DNA of 64,000 nucleotides from an uncultured bacterium (lineage in GTDB: Bacteria > Patescibacteriota > Minisyncoccia > UBA6257 > 2-01-FULL-56-20): NCBI GenBank assembly GCA_963718575.1, contig OY970358.1, forward strand, positions 514,172-578,171, in the 5' to 3' direction. Of this stretch, positions 38,496-48,833 are shown in pieces. The first letter of the stretch is position 1, and each line of letters opens with the position of its first letter. A model generated the notes under the pieces. That model did not search any database and had not been told where the DNA came from. It saw only the letters and a list, made by a program, of their open reading frames with translations. The position numbers were made by a program, and so were the translations under genes.

Positions 38496-38893
38496 TATTG
38501 CGCAAAAGCTCGAAGCGCGGTCCGGCGGTGTTCGCGCTCCAGGGCGATCTTGGCGCGGGGAAGACGACGTTCACGCAGGGGTTTCTAAAAGGGCTGGGAT
38601 CGAAGAAGCGCGCAACAAGCCCGACGTTCGTGTTGATGCGCCGACACGGGCTTGGCAGTGGCACGCGTGGCGGCAAGAAATTCAAAAATGTTTTTCACAT
38701 CGACGCCTATCGCCTGAAAAAGCCGGAGCATCTGGCGGCGCTCGAGCTCGATGTTATCCTTAACGAACCGGGCAATATCGTTCTCATCGAGTGGCCGGAG
38801 CAGGCGAAAAAATTTTTACCAAAGCATACGGTATGGATAAAATTCAAATACGGGAAAAACGAGAACGAACGGATAGTCACAATAAAGAGATGA
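38428..38893 (+). CDS. tsaE: tRNA t6A biosynthesis ATPase TsaE, frameshifted near 38512
   Basis: SSEETKKLG then LQGDLGAGKTTFTQG, TSPTF, HIDAYRL, IEWPE. Confidence 0.92.
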
Positions 38894-39858
38894 AAAAACT
38901 TTTACTTATCGATGCGAACTCGATTATCCACCGATCGTTCCACGCTTTGCCGCCATTTACGACGCCGGAGGGAAAACCGTCGGGCGCGATCTATGGCATC
39001 GCAAGTATTTTACTCAAGCTGTGGCGTGATGAGCGCCCGGACTACGCCGCTGCGCTTTTTGACCGGCCGGAGCCGACGTTTCGCGACGAGAAATATGCGG
39101 AGTACAAAGCCCAGCGCCCGCCCACGGCGGAAGAGCTTGTCTCGCAAATTATAGAGGCTCATAAATTATTCGACGCCTTCGGCATTAAAACTTTTGAAAA
39201 GGCGCGCTACGAGGCGGACGATCTTATTGCGACGCTTGCGGAGAAATTTAAAACATTGCCGGATGTGCGGGTCGTGATCTTGACCGGCGATCGCGACACG
39301 CTGCAGATGGTGGAAGGGGACAAGCTCGTCGTGCAGACGTTCAACAAGGGCGTGAGCGACACCACGATATATAACGAACCGGCGGTGATCGAAAAGTACG
39401 GCATCGCGCCGAAGCAGATGGTGGATTACAAGGCGCTCGTCGGCGATTCGTCGGACAACATCAAGGGCGTGCCGGGCGTGGGGCCGAAGACGGCGTTGGA
39501 GTTGATCAAACGATTCGGCACGGTGAAGGAAATGTATAAACAGCTGGATGGCAAGGCGGTGGCGGATGACGATGCTGAGCTGAAAAAAATTCGCGCGCGT
39601 TTCGGCGCGTTCAAAAAAGACGCTGAGCTTTCGGAAATGCTCGTGACGCTCGAGCGCCATGCGCCGATCGAGATCCCGCCGATCGAGGAACTCGCGCCAT
39701 TCGAGAATACCGACGCTGCGGCGAAGTATTTCGAGAAGATGGGATTCGCCACGCTTCTGAAGCGGATCCTTATGCCCGCGGCGGACGAAAAGATCGAAGC
39801 GAAGAAGAGCCCAAAAATAAAGTCGAAGCCCAACAACAATCAGACGGCGCTTTTTTAA
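38890..39858 (+). CDS. Stand-alone 5'-3' exonuclease (Pol I N-terminal domain / flap endonuclease)
   Basis: LLLIDANSIIHRSFHALP, YKAQR, YEADDLIAT, TGDRD, GDSSDNIKGVPGVGPKTA. Confidence 0.92.
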   Translation: MKKLLLIDANSIIHRSFHALPPFTTPEGKPSGAIYGIASILLKLWRDERPDYAAALFDRPEPTFRDEKYAEYKAQRPPTAEELVSQIIEAHKLFDAFGIKTFEKARYEADDLIATLAEKFKTLPDVRVVILTGDRDTLQMVEGDKLVVQTFNKGVSDTTIYNEPAVIEKYGIAPKQMVDYKALVGDSSDNIKGVPGVGPKTALELIKRFGTVKEMYKQLDGKAVADDDAELKKIRARFGAFKKDAELSEMLVTLERHAPIEIPPIEELAPFENTDAAAKYFEKMGFATLLKRILMPAADEKIEAKKSPKIKSKPNNNQTALF

Positions 39859-39892
39859 GAATAGCTCGCGGTGATGCTATAATAGAGGGACA

Positions 39893-41241
39893 TTGAAGAA
39901 TCAAACCTCAAAATTCAAAGAAGTCATTTTTTGGCCGGAATTCCAGTTAATCTGGGCGCTCATTGCGACCATTGTTGCGCTGATCGTTATTAATAGCGCG
40001 AGCTTCGCCAATCTGGGATTATGGATGATCGTCGCGGACGCCGCTTTGTTTTTGATCATCATCGCGCTTTCCGCGCTCGGCATTTATACTTCCGCGAAGA
40101 AGGATCGCGACACGAGCGTCGAGCGCAGTGAGCTGAACAGCATCCTTGAAGAGCTCAACGACGGGCTCATCGTATACGAAGCCGACTTCCGCGTGATCTT
40201 CTTCAATCCCGCGGCGGAGCGCATCTTTCAAGTTTGGATGCCAAGGCGGTGGTCGGCCACGTATTTTCTCCGCGCGACGTGGAGCGCGAGGGATGGCGCA
40301 CGCTCACACAGATCGTGTTCCCGTCGCTTGCGCCGCGCGTCGTCGCACGCACGAAAGAGGACGAGTATCCGCAGATCGTCGATATCTCATTCACTGATCC
40401 GCCGCTCGAATTCCGCGTGACGACCGCGCCGATCGTGGACGAGCGCGGCAGTACACTCGCGTTCATGAAGATCATCCGCGATCGGACGTCGCAGGTGCTC
40501 GCGCTGCGCTCAAAGAGCGAGTTCGTGACCGTCGCTTCGCACCAATTGCGCGGGCCGGTGACGGACATCAGCTGGGCATTGCAGTCGCTTACCAATATCC
40601 ACGGGACTGGATGATACCAATAAGATGATCCTCGATACACGCGCTTGCCGCGAGCCAGAGTCTTTTGCGCCGCATTGAGGACTTGTTGAATATCGCGAAG
40701 ATGGAAGACGGCCAGTTCGGATATAAGTTTGAAGACGCCGACATCGCCGATTTTATCTCGAAAGTATTAATGGAGGTTTTGCCTGCCGCGCAGAAGGCGG
40801 GGATCAAGATATATTTCGACCGGCCGCAGGAGCCCCTGCCCCATGTGATGATCGATCCGCGCCGGCTCTCGCTCGCGCGTCACGAATCTTCTCGAGAATG
40901 CGATCCGCTACAACGTGGAGAATGGCGAGGTGACGGTGAAGGTGGATAAGATGCAGGACAAGCCGTTCGTCGTGGTGAGCGTGAAGGACACCGGCATCGG
41001 CATCCCGCCGGAGGCCATCGAAAAGCTTTTCAACAAGTTCTACCGCGCCGACAATGCGCTCAAGCGCCAGACCGAAGGCTCCGGCCTCGGACTCTATATC
41101 GCAAAAGGCATCGTGAACGCCCACGGCGGCCAGATCTGGGCCGAATCCGAGCTCAATCGCGGCACCACGATCTCCTTCGCACTGCCCACCGACCCGAATT
41201 TGGTGCCAAAGACCGAGATCGGCGCGGAGGATTTGTTTTAG
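39893..41241 (+). CDS. Membrane PAS-domain sensor histidine kinase, broken by several frameshifts
   Basis: Two TM helices, FFNPAAERI (PAS), VASHQLRGP (H box), NLLENAIRY, DTGIGIP, GSGLGLYI. Confidence 0.88.
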
Positions 41242-41283
41242 CTCTTCCCTTGTGATTTATTTTCGCATATACTTGTAGGCGAA

Positions 41284-42990
41284 ATGAGCGCGTCGAAATC
41301 CAAGCCCACCCACAAATATATTTTCATCGTCGGGGGAGTGATGTCGGGTGTCGGCAAGGGGGTTGCGTCGTCATCCATCGGAAAAATTTTGCAGTCGCGC
41401 GGACTCGAGGTCACGTCGATCAAGATCGATCCGTATGTGAACGTCGACGCGGGCACCATGAACCCCACCGAACACGGTGAGGTTTTTGTTTTGGACGACG
41501 GCACGGAGTGCGATCAGGATATGGGCAACTACGAGCGCTTTTTGGACCGCGATCTCTCCGGCGTGAACTACATGACGACGGGAAGCATCTATCAGACGGT
41601 CATCCAGCGCGAGCGGAGCATGGGCTACGGCGGAAAATCGGTGAGCGTGGTGCCGCACATCCCGATGGAAGTGATCGATCGCATCGATCACGCGGCGGAA
41701 CTCGCAAAGGCGGACGTCGTGATCACGGAAATCGGCGGCACTGTCGGCGAGTACGAGAACATTCTTTTCATCGAAGCGATCCGCATGATGAAGTTCAGGC
41801 ATCCGAAAGATGTGCTCGTGGTGCTCGTGAGCCACTTGCCGATCATGAGCGATGACAATGAGTTGAAGACCAAGCCGACGCAGCAGGCGGTGCGCGCGCT
41901 GAACGGCACGGGCTTGCAGCCGGATATCATTCTCGCGCGCGCGAAGTATCCGCTCGACGACAAGCGCAAGGAAAAGATCGCGTTCAATTGCGGCCTGCGC
42001 GAAGAGGACGTCATTTCCGCGCCGGATGTTTCGAGCCTCTACGATATTCCGGTCAATTTTGAAAACGACAATCTTGGTAATTTAATTTTGGAAAAACTTT
42101 CGATGCGCCCGCGCGCGAAGGACATGAAGGAGTGGCGCGCGTTCGCAGAAAAGATCCATAATGCGAAGGAGGTGGTGCGCATCGGCATCGTCGGGAAATA
42201 TTTTTCGAGCGGAAAATTCATTTTGGCGGACTCGTATCTTTCTGTAATCGAATCGATCAAGCACAGCGCCGCGTTCTGGGGCGTGAAGCCGGAGATCAAG
42301 TGGCTCGACTCGGGCCAGTTCGAGGATGTGAAGGATGGCGGCCAGGGTGCGGCCGGCCTGAGGGAACTCGACGGTTTTGACGGCATCATCGTGCCGGGCG
42401 GTTTCGGTTCGCGCGGCGTGGAAGGTAAATTGAAGGCCATTCAATACTGCCGCGAGAACAAGATCCCGTACTTTGGGCTTTGCTACGGGATGCAGCTCGC
42501 GACGGTGGAATTTGCGCGAAATGTTTTGAAAATGAAGGGTGCGAACACGACGGAGATCGACCCGAAGACGAAGTATCCGATCATCGACATTTTGCCGGAG
42601 CAAAAGAAGTTGATGGAAGAAAAGAAATATGGCGCGACCATGCGGCTTGGTGCGTATCCTGCGGTACTTAAACGGGGAACGATTGCCGAGAAGGCATATG
42701 GCCACGAGAAGATCTCCGAGCGGCACCGGCATCGCTACGAGGTAAATCCGGCTTACGTGGATCGACTCGAAAAAGGCGGCGTCACTTTCTCCGGCGTGTC
42801 GCCGTCGCGGCGTTTGATGGAAGTGATGGAACTCCCGCGAAGCGTCCATCCGTTCTTCCTTGGCACGCAGTTCCATCCGGAGTTGAAATCGCGCCCGCTC
42901 AAGCCGCACCCGTTGTTCCGCGAGTTCATGAAGGCCGCGAAAGCGCGGCGCGGGGCGGCCCATCCGAACGCAGTGGCAACGGCAGTGTAG
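41284..42990 (+). CDS. pyrG: CTP synthase
   Basis: GGVMSGVGKG, KIDPYVNVDAGTMNP.EHGEVF, KTKPTQ, GLCYGMQ, ERHRHRYE, QFHPE. Confidence 0.99.
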   Translation: MSASKSKPTHKYIFIVGGVMSGVGKGVASSSIGKILQSRGLEVTSIKIDPYVNVDAGTMNPTEHGEVFVLDDGTECDQDMGNYERFLDRDLSGVNYMTTGSIYQTVIQRERSMGYGGKSVSVVPHIPMEVIDRIDHAAELAKADVVITEIGGTVGEYENILFIEAIRMMKFRHPKDVLVVLVSHLPIMSDDNELKTKPTQQAVRALNGTGLQPDIILARAKYPLDDKRKEKIAFNCGLREEDVISAPDVSSLYDIPVNFENDNLGNLILEKLSMRPRAKDMKEWRAFAEKIHNAKEVVRIGIVGKYFSSGKFILADSYLSVIESIKHSAAFWGVKPEIKWLDSGQFEDVKDGGQGAAGLRELDGFDGIIVPGGFGSRGVEGKLKAIQYCRENKIPYFGLCYGMQLATVEFARNVLKMKGANTTEIDPKTKYPIIDILPEQKKLMEEKKYGATMRLGAYPAVLKRGTIAEKAYGHEKISERHRHRYEVNPAYVDRLEKGGVTFSGVSPSRRLMEVMELPRSVHPFFLGTQFHPELKSRPLKPHPLFREFMKAAKARRGAAHPNAVATAV

Positions 42991-43007
42991 AAGCATATAA
43001 TAGTGGC

Positions 43008-43793
43008 ATGATCATCTTCCTCTACGGCCCGGACGATTATCGCCGTTCTGAAAAGAAGCGTTCCATCATCGCGGAGTTTTCCAAGAAACGATCGGAGATC
43101 GGGCTTGGCGTTTTTGATCTGGAGGAAAAGACGGCGCTGGAAAATCTCGGCGAATTTTTAAAGACGCAATCTATTTTTGAAACGGCGAAGCTTGCAGTGC
43201 TTGAAAATGCATTCGAACTCGATGCGCCGAAACTCGCAAAATTATTGAAGCCCTTTATCGAGATTAAAAATATCACCATCCTGATCGCGGAGAAGGACAA
43301 GCCGGTGAAGGCGCTCGCATTCTTGTTGGAGAAGCCGACGATCTCGCAAAAGTTCGAGACGCTCGCCGGTGCGGAGTGGGTCGCATTCATACAAGCCGAG
43401 GCAAAAAAGAATAACGTGAGGCTCGCGCCCCCCGCCGCGCAATTCTTGGGGACGGTTTATGGCGGCAACACATGGGGGCTTATCACCGAGATCGAGAAGC
43501 TGGCGGGGTTTAAAAATAGTGCAGTGATAGAGAAGAAAGACCTCGACGTGTTTGACCTTGAGGTGGCGCCGAACTATTGGGGACTGATCAACGGACTGAA
43601 GAATTACGACATTAAAAATAGATTATACGCGTTCGAAACGATGCTTGCGGCGAATGATCCGCCGGCAAAGATATTCAATATTCTGGCATCGCAATGGCAA
43701 GAAAAAACCCCGCACATGGCGGAGTATGATCTGGCCGTAAAGTCCGGAAAAGTGGACTATGAGGAGGCCTTGGTGGACTTATTGATAAGCTGA
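43008..43793 (+). CDS. holA: DNA polymerase III delta subunit (short)
   Basis: IIFLYGPDDY, EIEKL, D.AVKSG; convergent with rpsT. Confidence 0.8.
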   Translation: MIIFLYGPDDYRRSEKKRSIIAEFSKKRSEIGLGVFDLEEKTALENLGEFLKTQSIFETAKLAVLENAFELDAPKLAKLLKPFIEIKNITILIAEKDKPVKALAFLLEKPTISQKFETLAGAEWVAFIQAEAKKNNVRLAPPAAQFLGTVYGGNTWGLITEIEKLAGFKNSAVIEKKDLDVFDLEVAPNYWGLINGLKNYDIKNRLYAFETMLAANDPPAKIFNILASQWQEKTPHMAEYDLAVKSGKVDYEEALVDLLIS

Positions 43794-44032
43794 GAAAGGC
43801 GCGACTTCAAGCGGCTGGCCTTGTTCTTTTCGATGACCTTAGCTTTCGCAGCCTTATCAAGCGCTTTGAACACCGTCGGAAGCGCTTTCGCGGCATCCTC
43901 GAGCTTCTTTGCAACGACGAGCTTGCGGAAGGTGACGACCTGAAGCTTGTACGCCTCTTTGCGAACGACATTCCGCTTATGGCGGGTGGCGTTCTGGCGG
44001 AGCGCCTTCTTTGCTGACTTTGTGATTGGCAT
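43757..44032 (-). CDS. rpsT: 30S ribosomal protein S20
   Basis: MPITKSAKKALRQ, LDKAAKAKVIEKNKASRLKSRL. Confidence 0.96.
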   Translation of the reverse strand: MPITKSAKKALRQNATRHKRNVVRKEAYKLQVVTFRKLVVAKKLEDAAKALPTVFKALDKAAKAKVIEKNKASRLKSRLSQLINKSTKASS

Positions 44033-44124
44033 AACGCTTATTATATATAGAAAGTGAGAATTTACAAGGGAGTTGACTATTATAAAAAATTAGGATATTA
44101 TTTTGCCAGCGATGGAGGTATCGC

Positions 44125-44508
44125 ATGGCGACGTTAAAAGATATTCGCTTAGCGAAAGGGCTTAAACAAATTGATATAGGAGAGAAGCTTTTCTCTCCTA
44201 TAGGAGTATCGAGAGCCTATGCGCAGAAGCTGATTTCTCTGTGGGAAACAGGGAGGGCGCTTCCCGATGAAGCGCAGAAGGATGCCCTTTGTGAGGTTCT
44301 CGAAGTCCAGCGCGAGGAATTATCCTTTGAGAGCGAAATTCCCACGTTTCTATCAGTGGCTGCAAAGAAATCCTTTCTGCTTGAGATCGGCGTCCGCGAG
44401 GAGAATGTATTCCTCATCCTCAATAACCCAATAGTCCATAAATCTATTGCAAACGCTATGAATTGCGCATGCGATAGCTTGCGGAAAACATTTGAGGAGG
44501 GCTCATAG
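44125..44508 (+). CDS. XRE-family helix-turn-helix protein
   Basis: LKDIRLAKGLKQ..IG...ISLWETGRALP; TTGACT-N17-TATTAT promoter and GGAGG SD. Confidence 0.8.
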   Translation: MATLKDIRLAKGLKQIDIGEKLFSPIGVSRAYAQKLISLWETGRALPDEAQKDALCEVLEVQREELSFESEIPTFLSVAAKKSFLLEIGVREENVFLILNNPIVHKSIANAMNCACDSLRKTFEEGS

Positions 44509-44583
44509 TGTGAAATCTACACCGTGAGCCCTTTTGTTTTCCCTTAATGTATTTTTAATGCCCAAGCGCGCTATAATGAACGC

Positions 44584-45168
44584 ATGATATACAGCATTAA
44601 GGGCTCGCTGGCGCTTAAAGAGGCGAACTTCGCCGTGGTGGAAACGGGCGGCTTGGGGCTTAAGCTTTTTGCGAGCAAGCAGACGCTCGAGGCGCTTCCG
44701 GCGGCTGGCGCGGAAGTAAAATTTTTTTGCCATCTCCACGTGCGCGAGGATGCGTTGGATCTTTTTGGGTTCACGACCGGCGATGAGTTGGAATTTTTTG
44801 AGATGTTGATTTCAGTTTCCGGCGTGGGGCCGAAATCTGCGCTCGCGATCTTAGACACGGCGCCGCTCGATGAGCTTTCTGCGGCGATAAAGGAAGGTCG
44901 GCCGGATCTGCTCACGCGCGCGGCGGGGATCGGTCGCAAGACGGCGGAGCGGGTGATCGTGGAATTGCGCTCAAAGGTGCAATCGTCGAAATCCGGCGCG
45001 GTAGTGGAGAAGATGCAGACGGACTCCGATCTCGTCGAGGCACTGATGAGCCTCGGCTATCACCGCGATCAGGCTCGCGCCGCGCTCGGCAATGTGAGTG
45101 AAGATGTGGTTGGCACGGAGGCTCGCTTGCGTGCCGCACTTGCTCTACTCGCGAGTAAGCAAAAATAA
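44584..45168 (+). CDS. ruvA: Holliday junction branch migration protein RuvA
   Basis: VREDALDLFGF, VSGVGPKSAL, GIGRKTAERVIVEL, ALMSLGY. Confidence 0.97.
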   Translation: MIYSIKGSLALKEANFAVVETGGLGLKLFASKQTLEALPAAGAEVKFFCHLHVREDALDLFGFTTGDELEFFEMLISVSGVGPKSALAILDTAPLDELSAAIKEGRPDLLTRAAGIGRKTAERVIVELRSKVQSSKSGAVVEKMQTDSDLVEALMSLGYHRDQARAALGNVSEDVVGTEARLRAALALLASKQK

Positions 45169-45192
45169 CATGCGGCCATAAATCATTCATCC

Positions 45193-46461
45193 ATGCAAAT
45201 TTTTTTTAAAAATCTCCACCCGCGTTCCGTCTACCATTTTTTATGGGCGTGGACCGGCGCGCATCTGCACGGGCATCCGAGCAAGAAACTTTTCGTGATC
45301 GGCGTGACAGGCACGAAAGGAAAGACGACGACACTTGAATTGATCAACGCGATCCTGGAAGCCGCGGGCAAACGCACGGCGCTCATCTCTTCGCTTCGCA
45401 TAAAGATCGGCGATGAGAGCCAGAAGAACGCCATCGGCAACTCGATGCCGGGCCGCGGATATCTGCAGAAATTCCTGCGTCGCGCCGCGCGCGCGGAGTG
45501 CAATTATGCGCTTGTAGAGGTGACGTCACAGGCGGTCGTTCAGCACCGGCACCGCTTCATCCATTGGAATATGGGCGCGCTTACGAATCTCGCGCCCGAG
45601 CATATCGAATCGCATGGCTCGTTTGAAAATTATCGCGCGGCGAAATTGGATTTTTTGACGTACGTTATTGAAAAAGGCGGAAAGGTTTTTTTGAACCGTG
45701 ACGATAAGAATTTCGATTTCTTCATGGAGGCGCTCAGCGATAGCGAGCCGATCGCCTATTCCAAAGATGATGAATTCTTCCATGATTCGTTGCCGCATAT
45801 CCGCTCCACGCGCATGCGCCGCGATAGCGAGGCACCGCATTTCCTGATGAGCCCGTTCAACGAGGAGAATATCGCTGTCGCGGCGGCGATCGCGAAGGAA
45901 CTTGGTATTGCGAATAAGATCATAGACGATGCGATCATGGAATTCGAAGGCGTGCCGGGACGAATGGAGTTCGTGCATGTTCGCGATTACACCGCGGTCG
46001 TGGATTATGCGCACACGCCCGAATCGCTCGAGGCCGCGTATGTGGCGGCAGCGCCAAAACCGACGCGGGACTTTCCGAGGCCCCGCCTGATCTGCGTGCT
46101 TGGTGCCGCGGGCGGCGGACGCGATACATGGAAGCGGCCGTCGATGGGTACGATCGCCGCAGATCACTGCGATGAGATCATTTTAACGAATGAGGATCCC
46201 TACGATGAAGACCCGCAGGCGATCATGGATGAGATCGAGACCGGCATCCCGCAACCACTTCGCGAGGGTCAGCATGTTTATAAAATCCTCGATCGTGTGC
46301 AGGCAATCGAGAAAGCGGTCGCGCTCGCGAACGAGGGCGACGTCGTGATCGGCACGGGGAAGGGAAGCGAGGATTGGATCCACGCCGCAGGCGGGCGCAA
46401 GATCCCATGGAACGAACGCGCGGTGTTTGACGATGCGCTTGCGAAGCGAGTGGGGAAATAA
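45193..46461 (+). CDS. murE: UDP-N-acetylmuramyl-tripeptide synthetase (MurE-type ligase)
   Basis: IGVTGTKGKTTT, EVTS, TNLAPEHIESHG, VPGRME, VDYAHTP, GKGSE. Confidence 0.9.
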   Translation: MQIFFKNLHPRSVYHFLWAWTGAHLHGHPSKKLFVIGVTGTKGKTTTLELINAILEAAGKRTALISSLRIKIGDESQKNAIGNSMPGRGYLQKFLRRAARAECNYALVEVTSQAVVQHRHRFIHWNMGALTNLAPEHIESHGSFENYRAAKLDFLTYVIEKGGKVFLNRDDKNFDFFMEALSDSEPIAYSKDDEFFHDSLPHIRSTRMRRDSEAPHFLMSPFNEENIAVAAAIAKELGIANKIIDDAIMEFEGVPGRMEFVHVRDYTAVVDYAHTPESLEAAYVAAAPKPTRDFPRPRLICVLGAAGGGRDTWKRPSMGTIAADHCDEIILTNEDPYDEDPQAIMDEIETGIPQPLREGQHVYKILDRVQAIEKAVALANEGDVVIGTGKGSEDWIHAAGGRKIPWNERAVFDDALAKRVGK

Positions 46462-46465
46462 AAAA

Positions 46466-46497
46466 ACAGCCTCGCTCCGGTGAGGAAGCGAGGCTGT
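46466..46497. terminator. Terminator hairpin between convergent genes
   Basis: ACAGCCTCGCT-N10-AGCGAGGCTGT preceded by an A-tract. Confidence 0.65.
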
Positions 46498-46507
46498 CAG
46501 GAGCGGC

Positions 46508-46822
46508 TTAAGCCATTCTTATGGCGGGGATTTGGTGGCTTCGACCGCGGGGCTTCGGCTGGTGCCGCGTGATCTCGCGAAGGACGGGACTTCTTTTTAC
46601 CGGCTTGGTTTCGTTTTTGAGCTTATAGCCCATGATCGCCAATCTAAGCTCCCGCTGTGCGTGCGGCGGAATGCCTGAAGCGTTTCTTTGCGCGAAGAGT
46701 TGTTCGACGAGAGCGCTTACTGCCGGATTGTTATAATCGGTTTCGGGTGACTGGCTTGGGCCATGCATTGCGGCCGTTACGCGCGCGATTTCTCGCTGTG
46801 AGTGTATAACCCTTTTCCCCAT
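46508..46822 (-). CDS. Hypothetical basic protein
   Basis: 104-aa ORF with GGAG SD, fills the gap and is followed by a terminator. Confidence 0.55.
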   Translation of the reverse strand: MGKRVIHSQREIARVTAAMHGPSQSPETDYNNPAVSALVEQLFAQRNASGIPPHAQRELRLAIMGYKLKNETKPVKRSPVLREITRHQPKPRGRSHQIPAIRMA

Positions 46823-46884
46823 GCGTGATTTTCTCCGACGAGTGAAGTTGTTCCGCCAATTACGATACTCTATACTTACCTCAT

Positions 46885-48231
46885 ATGCAACTCACTTTCT
46901 ACGGAGGCACGGGCGAGGCGACGGGTGCGAATTATATTTTGGAATCGGGCGGGGTGAAGATCATGATCGACTGCGGACTGCATCAGGGGAGCCATTATGC
47001 GGATCGCGAAAATTTCGATCCGTTCGCGTATGACCCGAAAAGCGTGTCGGCGGTGTTTATCACCCACTCGCACCTTGATCACATTGGCCGCTTGCCGAGC
47101 CTCGTGCTCGGCGGGTTCAAAGGCGCGATCTATTCCACGCACGCCACGCGCGACTTCGCGGAGCTGATGCTTGCCGACTCGGAGCATTTGCTTGCGGACG
47201 AAGCGAAGCGCGAGGCGCGGCCGCCGCTCTACCGCGACGATGATATCCCAAAAGTGACGGCGCTTTGGAAAGGACTGAAGTATCACGAATCGGTCACGGC
47301 CGGCCCGTTTAAAGTCGAATTGTACGACGCCGGGCATATCCTCGGCTCCGCGATCATCCACGTCGAGGCCGAAGGAAAGACGATCGTGTTCTCCGGCGAC
47401 CTGGGCAATGTGCCGTCGCCGCTCATCAAGCCGACGGAACAAATCGCGGCGGTGGATTATTGCCTGATCGAATCCACGTACGGCGATCGCGTCCACGAAG
47501 ATATCGGCCGCCGCCGCGAGATGTTGCAGGGCGCGATCGACGAGACGTTCAAGGCTGGCGGCGTGCTCATGATCCCGTCGTTCGCGATGGAGCGCACGCA
47601 GGACCTGCTTTTTCATTTCCATCAATTGCACGAAGAGGGGAGACTGCCGGATGAGCCGGTGTTCGTCGACAGCCCGCTCGCGATCAAGCTCACCGAGCTT
47701 TTTAAAAAACACGAGGACGCATTCAATGACACTGCGGAGAGCATCATGAAGGGCGGCGATGAGATATTAAGCTTCCCCAGCCTCAAATCCACGCTTACGA
47801 CGGACGAGTCGAAGGCGATCAATAATGTCCCCGCGCCAAAGATCATTATCGCCGGTTCCGGCATGTCGAACGGCGGGCGCATCTTACATCATGAGTTGCG
47901 TTATCTTCCCGACCCCAAGAGCGAGATCGTTTTTGTGGGCTATCAGGCCGAGAATTCGATGGGGCGTCAGTTGCTCGATGGCGCGAAAGAGGTGCATATC
48001 TTCGGCGAGGCGGTGCCGGTGCGATGCCGGAAGATCGACATTCCGGGATATTCCGCGCACGCGGACCAGCCACACCTGCTCGGCTGGCTGAGCTCCATGA
48101 AGGCTTCGTTGAAAAAAGTGTTCGTCGTGCAGGGGGAACAGACGTCGGCTGAAACGCTCGCGCACAAGATCATCGATGAATTTGGCGTTACTGCCGAAGT
48201 GCCGCACATGAACGAAAGTGTTACACTATAA
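46885..48231 (+). CDS. MBL-fold beta-CASP ribonuclease
   Basis: THSHLDHIG, AGHILGS, FSGDLG, ESTYG, SGMSNGGRI, YSAHAD. Confidence 0.93.
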   Translation: MQLTFYGGTGEATGANYILESGGVKIMIDCGLHQGSHYADRENFDPFAYDPKSVSAVFITHSHLDHIGRLPSLVLGGFKGAIYSTHATRDFAELMLADSEHLLADEAKREARPPLYRDDDIPKVTALWKGLKYHESVTAGPFKVELYDAGHILGSAIIHVEAEGKTIVFSGDLGNVPSPLIKPTEQIAAVDYCLIESTYGDRVHEDIGRRREMLQGAIDETFKAGGVLMIPSFAMERTQDLLFHFHQLHEEGRLPDEPVFVDSPLAIKLTELFKKHEDAFNDTAESIMKGGDEILSFPSLKSTLTTDESKAINNVPAPKIIIAGSGMSNGGRILHHELRYLPDPKSEIVFVGYQAENSMGRQLLDGAKEVHIFGEAVPVRCRKIDIPGYSAHADQPHLLGWLSSMKASLKKVFVVQGEQTSAETLAHKIIDEFGVTAEVPHMNESVTL

Positions 48232-48233
48232 CA

Positions 48234-48821
48234 ATGAAAAATAATCTGGACACGAAGTATCAGTTAAAATATAAAATTTGCGTTTCGGGTGCTGCGGTGA
48301 CGGAGGGTTCCCCGCCGGGAACATTGGAGAAAGCGGAAGAGATCGGCCGGCTTGTCGCCGAGCAGGGGATGGTGCTCGTGACGGGCGCGACCACCGGTAT
48401 TCCCTACTATGCGGCAAAAGGCGCGAAAGAAGCGGGAGGTATCGTGATCGGGCTTTCTCCCGCCGAGTCAAAAGCGGCACACGTGCGGACGTATCACCTG
48501 CCGCTCGATTACCACGACCTCATCATCTATACCGGGTTCGGTTATTCCGGCAGGAATTTATTGCTCACGCGCTCCGCGGATGCGGTGGTGACGGTGTATG
48601 GCCGCATCGGGACGCTGAATGAGTTTACGATCGCATTCGAAGATAAGAAGCCGCAGGGCGTGCTGACCGGCACCGGCGGCACGAGCGACGAACTCCAGCA
48701 TATTCTGGAGATCGCGCAACGCGGCAACGGCAAGGCGGTGTTCGATGCGGATCCGAAATCGCTTATTGAAAAGATCGTGACGCTGATCCATAAGGAAGAG
48801 GAAAAAAGAGAGATCGAATAA
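48234..48821 (+). CDS. LOG/SLOG family Rossmann-fold protein
   Basis: LVTGATTGIP, IGLSPA, TGFGYSGRN, GRIGTLNEF. Confidence 0.85.
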   Translation: MKNNLDTKYQLKYKICVSGAAVTEGSPPGTLEKAEEIGRLVAEQGMVLVTGATTGIPYYAAKGAKEAGGIVIGLSPAESKAAHVRTYHLPLDYHDLIIYTGFGYSGRNLLLTRSADAVVTVYGRIGTLNEFTIAFEDKKPQGVLTGTGGTSDELQHILEIAQRGNGKAVFDADPKSLIEKIVTLIHKEEEKREIE

Positions 48822-48833
48822 GGCACGGAGAGC

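Noticed and set aside
43757-43793. 37-bp convergent overlap of holA and rpsT
   Set aside because: Common adjacency in compact genomes; no further signal
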